From Betaproteobacteria bacterium (lineage in GTDB: Bacteria; Pseudomonadota; Gammaproteobacteria; Burkholderiales; SG8-39), in assembly GCA_029883975.1 (NCBI GenBank), contig JAOUIL010000003.1, positions 23,164-87,163 on the forward strand: a DNA stretch of 64,000 bases, given 5' to 3'. The notes under the pieces are model-generated. The model was not told the origin of the DNA. It worked only from the letters and a program-made list of their open reading frames with translations, and did not search any database. Shown here piece by piece: positions 19,640 to 26,862 of the stretch. A program made the translations under genes and the position numbers. Every line of letters starts with the position of its first letter. The first letter of the stretch is position 1.

Positions 19640-19796
19640 GGCATCGGCCATGCGCCGACCCTGTTGCACGACGACCAGATCGCGATCGTGCGCGAGTTCC
19701 TGGTTTCGTAGGCATGCCGCGGTAGTTCCTGACATCCGCCTGTCGCTGGCATGGGATTGACCGCTTGCGACCTTAGGCGGACATTCATGCCGTGGA
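19640..19796 (+). repeat. Direct repeat copy 2 (orphan hydrolase C-terminus plus promoter-like segment)
   Basis: Encodes GIGHAPTLLHDDQIAIVREFLVS* without the rest of the gene; ATTGACCGCT at 19756-19765. Confidence 0.9.
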
Positions 19797-19806
19797 CAGG
19801 CGCCCA

Positions 19807-20613
19807 ATGCGAGGTGCGATTGTCTGGGCATGCGCAGCCGGCCTGCTGACGGTCGCCGGTTGCGCCTCTCGTCCAGCAGAGCCGCCAAAGCCGATCAATC
19901 TCTTGGCCGTGCTGCCTGCCTGGGCGCCCGTCACCGATTCCAACCTCGGCTTCGGTTCGTCGGGACCGTCGGTCGTGGTCGTGCCGATCGTCGTGCCGTC
20001 CGGGTCGCAAGGAAGCGGGATATCGACCGGCGGCGCCGTAGCGGCAGGCGTCATTACTTCCGCAGTCATCTATGGCATGCAGGAAAGCAAGCGCAAGGGG
20101 CGCGAAGCGCTCGCCGAGGCGCTGTCGCATATCCACTTCGATGCGGCCGCGGAAGTCGACTCCAGGCTCATACCCGCACTGGAGCAGCGCCAGGTTCGTC
20201 TGGTCCGCATCACCGATCCCAACATCATCTGGGGTGTGCGCAACGGGAGATTCGACGGCCTGCCCGAGGGCGTCGACGCCATCCTCGACGTGCGCATTAC
20301 CGAGTCCGGCTACTACTCTTCCACGCGGGCCGGCGGCTACTCGCCGATGCTCCTGATCACGGCGAACCTGCTTCCGCCGGTGGCCAAAGCCGAGAGCCTG
20401 GATGAATTCAGCTACTACGCGGACTTTCGGGACGGCGGCAAGGACAGGCGATGGATCACGACGCCCACGTCCATGACTTTCGCTACCGTCGAGCTGCTCA
20501 AGGCAGGTGCAGGCGACGCGCGCGCGGGCCTCTCCACGGTGGTGGACCAGATGGTGGCGCTGATGGTCGAGGACCTGCAGCGCCATGCGCGCGGAGAGCT
20601 TCGGGTCGACTGA
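19807..20613 (+). CDS. Hypothetical lipoprotein
   Basis: MRGAIVWACAAGLLTVAGC lipobox; Gly-rich hydrophobic patch GGAVAAGVITSAVIYG. Confidence 0.75.
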   Translation: MRGAIVWACAAGLLTVAGCASRPAEPPKPINLLAVLPAWAPVTDSNLGFGSSGPSVVVVPIVVPSGSQGSGISTGGAVAAGVITSAVIYGMQESKRKGREALAEALSHIHFDAAAEVDSRLIPALEQRQVRLVRITDPNIIWGVRNGRFDGLPEGVDAILDVRITESGYYSSTRAGGYSPMLLITANLLPPVAKAESLDEFSYYADFRDGGKDRRWITTPTSMTFATVELLKAGAGDARAGLSTVVDQMVALMVEDLQRHARGELRVD

Positions 20614-20629
20614 GCACGCTCGTTCATCG

Positions 20630-21769
20630 TCAGCCGCGGCGATTCGCCGCGTCCCAGTGCTTCTCGAGATTCGCGATCAGCGCAGGGCTGAAATGGCACA
20701 CGGCCTGCTCGCGCGCGTACACCGCCATGTAGCGCCGGAACTCGTCGAGCGGCTCCTCGCCCGAGCGCAGCGCGCGCCTGTTCCCGGCGGCGCTCACCAC
20801 GCCGGAGTCCGTGAGATTGGAGATGGTGCGCGCGATCGCCGCGTCCATCCCGCCCACTGGCACGATCTCGTCGCAGATCATGCGCCCTTCGGGCGAGTCG
20901 CAGTCCAGCCGGCGGCCGGCGAGGATCGCCTGGCGCGCGATGCGCGGGCCGACGAAGCGCGGCAGCCGCAGGTTCGCCGCGCCCGGGATGATGCCTTCCT
21001 TCCTCGCCGGCAACGTCATGTAGGCATCCTGCGCGGCGAGCACGTAGTCCATGGTCAGCAGGATCTGGCAGTGCCCGCCGATGGCGAAGCTCTCCACCGC
21101 CGCCACCCAGGGCTTCTCGATGCTGTCCTCCTCGGGATGCACGCCGGGCCGCGCGAGCCCGCGGTACAGCTTGTTGACCAGGCCGAGGTCGCGGATCAGG
21201 TACCAGAGGTAGCGGATCTTCCCCTGGTAAAGGTGCGTGAGATTGATGCCGGCGCCGAACACGCGCTTGCCCGCGTGCTTGGTGTGCGTGACCGTGTCGC
21301 CGCGCAGCAGGCAGAGCTCGCTTTGCCGATCGAGCAGCGCCACGTCGACCGCGATCTCCAGCCCGTCGAGGGTCGTCTCGTCCTCGGCATTGAGGAAGCG
21401 CGGGTTGCGCATGGTGACGACCACCGCCTTTCCCTCGCGGTGCACGCACGCCCCGGCGAGCTCGAGCGTGCCCTGCGCCTCGAATTCCTCCAGGTGCCGC
21501 GCCGAATCGGCTCGCGGCAGCAGCATGCAGTGCACGAGATGCGTGCCGCACCGAGGATCGGCGAGCACGGCGCCCAGGAAGCGCCCGTAGGCCTTCTCCA
21601 GGCCCTTCTTGTCGCGCTGCATCAACGGCGCCTCGGCCGCCAGCCCGGCGGCGCCGGGCAGCAGACCGGGCCAGCGCGCGCCGGCCCGCCGGCACAGCTC
21701 GTCCACGCGCACCGGCTGCGACAGCCCGCCGGTGAGCGCGTCGTAGGCGGCAAGCGCGTCGCGCGACAT
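20630..21769 (-). CDS. DpgC-like crotonase-family protein (similar to (3,5-dihydroxyphenyl)acetyl-CoA 1,2-dioxygenase)
   Basis: LNAED, E.AVD.ALLD, GKRVFGAGINL, IEKPWVAAV..FAIGG, LPARKEGIIPGAANLRL, matching DpgC blocks as I recall them. Confidence 0.8.
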   Translation of the reverse strand: MSRDALAAYDALTGGLSQPVRVDELCRRAGARWPGLLPGAAGLAAEAPLMQRDKKGLEKAYGRFLGAVLADPRCGTHLVHCMLLPRADSARHLEEFEAQGTLELAGACVHREGKAVVVTMRNPRFLNAEDETTLDGLEIAVDVALLDRQSELCLLRGDTVTHTKHAGKRVFGAGINLTHLYQGKIRYLWYLIRDLGLVNKLYRGLARPGVHPEEDSIEKPWVAAVESFAIGGHCQILLTMDYVLAAQDAYMTLPARKEGIIPGAANLRLPRFVGPRIARQAILAGRRLDCDSPEGRMICDEIVPVGGMDAAIARTISNLTDSGVVSAAGNRRALRSGEEPLDEFRRYMAVYAREQAVCHFSPALIANLEKHWDAANRRG

Positions 21770-21812
21770 GGGCCGCCAGTCTACCGCGAAGGCCGCGCCG
21801 TCTGGACATTCG

Positions 21813-21844
21813 CTGCCGAGGCAGGTAGTTTGCTGCCTGGGCAG
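21813..21844. promoter_or_regulatory. Tandem MarR-type operator palindromes CTGCC-N2-GGCAG
   Basis: CTGCCGAGGCAG (21813-21824) and CTGCCTGGGCAG (21833-21844) between the divergent dpgC-like gene and marR; resemble the E. coli marO core TTGCC-N2-GGCAA. Confidence 0.7.
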
Positions 21845-21860
21845 TCAACTGGGGGTGGGC

Positions 21861-22304
21861 GTGGGCCTGTACCGGGCCGAGACCTATCGCGTCGAGGACA
21901 GCGTCGGCTGGCTGGTGACGCGCCTGCGCTCGTCGATCTTCGCCGCGGTGGACCGCGAGCTCGCCGGCTCGGGTATCTCGGCGGCGCAGGCCGGCATCCT
22001 GCTCTACCTCGCCCATGGGCGCGGCGACCGCGTGGCCGACATCGCGCGCGACTACAGCTACGACACCGGCGCGGCCACGCGCATGGTCGCGCGCCTCGCC
22101 GCCAAGCGGCTGCTGCGCCGCGTGCCCGACGCCGAGGACGGCCGCGTCGTGCGCCTGGAGCTCACCGCGGGCGGCCGCAAGCTCGCCGCCGAGCTGCCGG
22201 CCGTGGCCGCCAAGGTGCTCAACCAGCACCTGCGCGGCTTCACGCACGCCGAGCTCGGCCAGTTGAAGGGGCTGCTGCAACGCATGCTCGACAACCATGG
22301 CTAG
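21861..22304 (+). CDS. MarR family transcriptional regulator
   Basis: D.GAATRMVARLAAKRLLRRVPD.EDGRVVRLELTAGG winged-HTH. Start GTG at 21861 or 21855. Confidence 0.9.
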   Translation: MGLYRAETYRVEDSVGWLVTRLRSSIFAAVDRELAGSGISAAQAGILLYLAHGRGDRVADIARDYSYDTGAATRMVARLAAKRLLRRVPDAEDGRVVRLELTAGGRKLAAELPAVAAKVLNQHLRGFTHAELGQLKGLLQRMLDNHG

Positions 22305-23418
22305 CCGGCGCCACGCGCTCACCGGCATGCTGCTCGTGGTGGCGGCCGCGGCCGGCGGCTGGGCCGCCTGGTGGCAGCTTTCGGGGCGCTATTACCAGAG
22401 CACCGAGAACGCCTACGCGGCGGGCAACCTCGTCGAGGTGACGCCGCAGGTGGCGGGCACCGTGATCGCCATCGGCGCCGACAACATGCAGCGCGTCGAG
22501 GTGGGGCAGATGCTGGTGCGGCTGGATCGCGCCGATGCCGAAGTGGCGCTCGCCCAGGCCGAGGCGACGCTGGCGCGCGCGGTGCGCGAGGCGCGCACGC
22601 TGTACGGCAACAACCTCGCGCTGGAGGCGAACGTGCGCGTGCGCGAGGCCGAGCTGCAGCGCGCCGAGGAGTTCCTCGCGCGCCGCGAGCCGCTCGCCCG
22701 CCAGGGGGTGGTGTCGCGCGAGGAGTGGGATACGGCGCTGACCGCGGCGGCCGCCGCGCGCGCCTCGCTCACCGCCGCGCGCGAGAACCTTGCCACCAAT
22801 CGCGTGTTCACCGACAAGGTCAAGCTCGAGGAGCAGCCCTCGGTGCTGCTCGCCGCGGCGCGCGTGCGCGAGGCCTGGCTCGCGCTGCAGCGCACCGAGA
22901 TCCCGGCGCCCGTGTCGGGCACCGTGGCGCGGCGCTCGGTGCAGGTCGGGCAGCGCGTCGCGCCGGGCGCGCGCCTGATGGCCGTGGTGCCGCTCGGCGA
23001 CGTCTGGGTGGACGCGAACTTCAAGGAGGCGCAGCTGCGCGACATGCGCGTCGGTCAGCCGGCGCGCGTTACCGCCGACCTGTACGGCGGCACGGTCGAG
23101 TATCGCGGGCGCGTGGCGGGGCTGGCCGCGGGCACGGGCGGCGCTTTCGCGCTGCTGCCGCCGCAGAACGCCACCGGCAACTGGATCAAGGTGGTGCAGC
23201 GCGTGCCGGTGAGGATCGAGCTGGACGCGGCGCAGCTGCTGGAGCACCCGCTGCGCGTCGGTCTGTCGATGACCGTCGAGGTCGAGACGCGCGACACGAG
23301 CGGCACGCAGCTCGCGGCGCTGGCGGGCAGCGCGCCGGCATTCGCCACCGAGGCGCTCACCGTGCCGGCGGCGGAGGCGGACGCGCGCGTGCGCGCCATC
23401 ATCGCTGCGCACCGGTGA
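22297..23418 (+). CDS. emrA: EmrA-type multidrug efflux membrane fusion protein
   Basis: STENAY, PQVAGTV, WVDANFKE.QL..MRVGQ, LLPPQNATGNWIKVVQRVPVRI. Confidence 0.88.
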   Translation: MASRRHALTGMLLVVAAAAGGWAAWWQLSGRYYQSTENAYAAGNLVEVTPQVAGTVIAIGADNMQRVEVGQMLVRLDRADAEVALAQAEATLARAVREARTLYGNNLALEANVRVREAELQRAEEFLARREPLARQGVVSREEWDTALTAAAAARASLTAARENLATNRVFTDKVKLEEQPSVLLAAARVREAWLALQRTEIPAPVSGTVARRSVQVGQRVAPGARLMAVVPLGDVWVDANFKEAQLRDMRVGQPARVTADLYGGTVEYRGRVAGLAAGTGGAFALLPPQNATGNWIKVVQRVPVRIELDAAQLLEHPLRVGLSMTVEVETRDTSGTQLAALAGSAPAFATEALTVPAAEADARVRAIIAAHR

Positions 23419-25001
23419 GCTCCACGGCGCGCGCCGTCGTACCGGGGTCGCCCGCCGCCGGGCCGGCGCCGCTCGCCGGCGCCGAGCGCCTGGTCGGCGC
23501 GTTCATGATCGCCGTGGCCACCTTCATGGTGGTGCTGGACATCACCATCGCCAACGTCTCGGTGGCCACCATCTCCGGCGACCTGGGCGTGAGCGCCACG
23601 CAGGGCACCTGGATCGTCACTTCCTATGCCGCGGCGCAGGCCATCGCCATGCCGCTCACCGGCTGGCTGACGCGGCGCTTCGGCCAGGTGCGCCTCATCG
23701 TCTGGTCGGTGCTGCTGTTCACCGCCACCTCGCTGCTTTGCGGGCTCGCCGAGAGCCTCGAGACGCTGGTCGTGTTCCGCGTGGCGCAGGGCCTGGTGGC
23801 CGGGCCGATGGTGCCCGTGTCGCAGTCGCTGCTGCTCGCCACCTTCGGCCCGGGGGGCGCGGGCCTGGCGCTGTCGGTCTGGTCGATGACGGCGACGCTC
23901 GCGCCGATCAGCGGGCCGATCATCGGCGGCTGGATCACCGAGGAGATCGCCTGGCCGTGGATCTTCTACATCAACGTGCCGGTGGGCGTGCTGTGCGCCA
24001 GCCTGATCTGGCTCATCTACCGCGAGCGCGAGACGCCGCGGCAGCGCGTGCCGGTGGACGTGGTGGGGCTCGCGCTGCTCGCCGTGTGGGTCGGCGCGCT
24101 GCAGATCCTGCTCGACAAGGGCAAGGAGCTCGACTGGTTCGCCTCGCCGGTGATCGTCGCGCTCGCCTGCGTCAGCGTCGCGGGCTTCGCCTTCTTCCTG
24201 GTGTGGGAGCTGCTCGACAACCCGCACCCGATCGTCGACCTGCAGCTGCTGCGCGACCGCGACTTCTGGACCGGCACCACGGCGCTCTCGGTCGGCTATG
24301 CGGTGTTCTTCGGCGCCATCGTCGTGCTGCCGCTGTGGCTGCAGCAGTACATGGGCTACCCGCAGATCTGGGCCGGGCTGATGATGATGCCCTTCGGCCT
24401 GCTCGCCCTGGTGCTCGCGCCGATCGTCGGGCGCACGCTGCACGTGATCGATCCGCGCCTGATGGCGAGCGCGGGCTTCCTCGTCTTCGCGCTGGTGTCC
24501 TTCATGCGCTCCGAGTTCAACCTCGAGGCCGACTGGATGACCATCGCGCTGCCGATGTTCATCCAGGGCGCGGCCAACGTGATGTTCTTCCTGCCGCTCA
24601 CCGGCCTCGCGCTGCGCGGCATGACGCCGGAGAAGATGCCGGGCGCCACCGGGCTGCAGAACTTCCTGCGCTACATGGGCGGCGCGGTCGGCGCCTCGCT
24701 CGCCATCACGCTGTGGGACGACCGCGCCAAGCTGCACCGCGCGCAGCTCGCCGAGCACCTGGTGGGCGGCGAGCCGCAGACCGAGGCCGCGCTCGAGGCG
24801 CTGCGCGCGCAGGGCCTGTCGCCGGTCCAGGCGCTGGCGCAGCTCGACCAGACGCTGGATGCGCAGGCGCGCATGCTTTCCACCGTCGATCTGTTCTGGC
24901 TGTCGGGCGTGCTGTTCGTCGCCCTCACGGTGCTGGTGTGGCTCGCGAACGCGCCAGGCCCGGCTGCTAGGATGCAGCCTCGAACCGGGAGCCACGAATG
25001 A
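23415..25001 (+). CDS. emrB: EmrB/QacA DHA2-family MFS efflux permease
   Basis: FMVVLDITIANVS..TISGDLG, QGTWIVTSY, WPWIFYINVP, LDKGKELDWF. Confidence 0.88.
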   Translation: MSSTARAVVPGSPAAGPAPLAGAERLVGAFMIAVATFMVVLDITIANVSVATISGDLGVSATQGTWIVTSYAAAQAIAMPLTGWLTRRFGQVRLIVWSVLLFTATSLLCGLAESLETLVVFRVAQGLVAGPMVPVSQSLLLATFGPGGAGLALSVWSMTATLAPISGPIIGGWITEEIAWPWIFYINVPVGVLCASLIWLIYRERETPRQRVPVDVVGLALLAVWVGALQILLDKGKELDWFASPVIVALACVSVAGFAFFLVWELLDNPHPIVDLQLLRDRDFWTGTTALSVGYAVFFGAIVVLPLWLQQYMGYPQIWAGLMMMPFGLLALVLAPIVGRTLHVIDPRLMASAGFLVFALVSFMRSEFNLEADWMTIALPMFIQGAANVMFFLPLTGLALRGMTPEKMPGATGLQNFLRYMGGAVGASLAITLWDDRAKLHRAQLAEHLVGGEPQTEAALEALRAQGLSPVQALAQLDQTLDAQARMLSTVDLFWLSGVLFVALTVLVWLANAPGPAARMQPRTGSHE

Positions 25002-25639
25002 AGGACTTCACCCCCACCCCCCGCACGAGGATCAAGCGCCTGCCCAAGCGCGCGCGCTACGACCGCGACACCGTGTATTCGATTCTGGATGCCGGCTTCG
25101 TCTGCCACCTCGGCTACGTGATCGACAAGCATCCCTTTGTGACGCCCACGGCCTACTGGCGCGAGGGGGATGCCGTGTACTGGCACGGTTCGTCGAAGAG
25201 CCGCATGCTGCTCGCGCTGGAGAAGAACCCGAACGTGTGCCTGACGGTGACGCACTTCGACGGCCTGGTGGTGGCGCGCTCGGGCTTCCACATGTCGGTC
25301 AACTACCGCTCGGCAATGATCTTCGGCAAGCCGTACAAGGTGAGCGATCCCGAAGAGAAGCTCGCGAAGATGGAGAAGTTCGTCGAGCGGCTCTATCCCG
25401 GGCACTGGAACAACCTGCGGCCCGTGCACAAGCAGGAGCTGAAGGCGATGAGCGTGTTCGGCCTGCACCTCGAGGAAGCGGTGGCCAAGGTGCGCACCGG
25501 CGGCCCGATCGACGAGCCGGAGGACTACCGGCTGCCCATCTGGGCGGGCGTGGTGCCGGTGCAGCAGGTGCTGGGCGCGCCACAGGATGACGGGCGGCTC
25601 GCGCCCGGCACTTCCGCCGCGCCGAAGGTGACGCTCTAG
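24998..25639 (+). CDS. Pyridoxamine 5'-phosphate oxidase-like FMN-binding (NimA-like) protein
   Basis: RARYDRD.VYSILD.GFVCHLG, HGSSKSRM, DGLVVARSGFHMSVNYRSA. Confidence 0.85.
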   Translation: MKDFTPTPRTRIKRLPKRARYDRDTVYSILDAGFVCHLGYVIDKHPFVTPTAYWREGDAVYWHGSSKSRMLLALEKNPNVCLTVTHFDGLVVARSGFHMSVNYRSAMIFGKPYKVSDPEEKLAKMEKFVERLYPGHWNNLRPVHKQELKAMSVFGLHLEEAVAKVRTGGPIDEPEDYRLPIWAGVVPVQQVLGAPQDDGRLAPGTSAAPKVTL

Positions 25640-26091
25640 AGGATTCCGGCGGCGAGGCCGGCGGCCATCGCCGCGCCGAGCTGTTCGCAGGCGGCGAGCT
25701 GCTCCGGCTTCAGGTCCTTCACGACGACGATCGGCTCGCGGATCTTCTTCAGGCGCAACCCGGTGACGATGCGCTCGACGGACGTCACGGCGCCGCTGCC
25801 GTCCTGGCCCGCGCCGACGAACAGCGCCCAGGGCCTGCCCTCGAGCTTGCCTTCGCAGGCGTAGAAGATGCGCTCGAGGAAGTCCTTCATCATCCCCGAC
25901 ATGTAGCCGAAGTTCTCCGGCGTGCCGAGGATCAATCCGTCGGCGGCGAGCACGTCCTGCGGACCGGCGTCCGCGCAGCGCTTCACGACGACGCGCACGC
26001 CCTCCTCGGCGCGCGCGCCGCGCTCCACGGCCTCGGACATCTGCGCGGTCTTCACGCCGCCGGTGTGGTAGACGATGAGGAGCGTCTTCAC
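25636..26091 (-). CDS. Flavodoxin/WrbA-like protein
   Basis: LLIVYHTGG.KT, LILGTPENFGYMSGMMKDFLER, GQDGSGA. Confidence 0.85.
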   Translation of the reverse strand: MKTLLIVYHTGGVKTAQMSEAVERGARAEEGVRVVVKRCADAGPQDVLAADGLILGTPENFGYMSGMMKDFLERIFYACEGKLEGRPWALFVGAGQDGSGAVTSVERIVTGLRLKKIREPIVVVKDLKPEQLAACEQLGAAMAAGLAAGIL

Positions 26092-26846
26092 GTCGAATTC
26101 CTGGTCGCCGGGTCCTGGCGGTAGTACCGCTTCAGCTGCTCGTAGACGTCGGGATAGCGCCGCCGGGTCTCCGCCCCGTCGGTGAAGAACTTCTCGCTGA
26201 GGACGGCGAAGAACTCGCTGGCGTGCTGCGCCGCGTACGGATCGAGCCAGGTGTCCCTGCCGCGATCGACGGCGTCGCAGAATCCCTCGTAGGCGATGCG
26301 AAACGCCGCCGTCCACGCGCGCCGGTCCATGCCCGAGTGCAGCGGCGGCAGGCCGTCGGCCGCGCCGTTCGCCATGTCGAGCTTGTGCGCGAACTCGTGG
26401 ATGACGACGTTCATGTCCGGCGCATGGGCCGCCGCGTCCCAGGACAGCACCACCGGGCCGCCCTGCCAGGACTCGCCGGCGCGCTCGTCGTCGAACTCGT
26501 GCACCACGCCGCCCTCGTCGGTTTCCTTCACGCGCACCCTGAACTCTCCGGGATACACCACGATCTCGCTCCATTCGTCGTAGCGATCGAGCCCCAGGTG
26601 CAGCACCGGCAGCGCCGCCTGCACGGCGATCGACAGCCGCATGGCGTCGTCGAGCTGCAGGCCGTGCGCGCCGGAGAACTCCTTCTCCACCAGCAGCAGC
26701 AGCGCGAGCGCGCGCAGCCGCTCGAGCTCGTCGCGTCGCAGGCCGCGCAGGAAGGGCAGCGGCTGCGTCACCGAGCGCCACAGTTCCTCGTCGATGCGGT
26801 GGTGCGCCAGCAGGCGCCGCCGCCGCCAGTTCTTCAGCCAACCCAT
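26088..26846 (-). CDS. MtfA-like zinc metallopeptidase (M90 family)
   Basis: GESWQGGPVVLSW, NVVIHEFAHKLD (HEXXH), DPYAA...EFFAV.SE.FF. Confidence 0.88.
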   Translation of the reverse strand: MGWLKNWRRRRLLAHHRIDEELWRSVTQPLPFLRGLRRDELERLRALALLLLVEKEFSGAHGLQLDDAMRLSIAVQAALPVLHLGLDRYDEWSEIVVYPGEFRVRVKETDEGGVVHEFDDERAGESWQGGPVVLSWDAAAHAPDMNVVIHEFAHKLDMANGAADGLPPLHSGMDRRAWTAAFRIAYEGFCDAVDRGRDTWLDPYAAQHASEFFAVLSEKFFTDGAETRRRYPDVYEQLKRYYRQDPATRNST

Positions 26847-26862
26847 CCGATTACAATACCGC

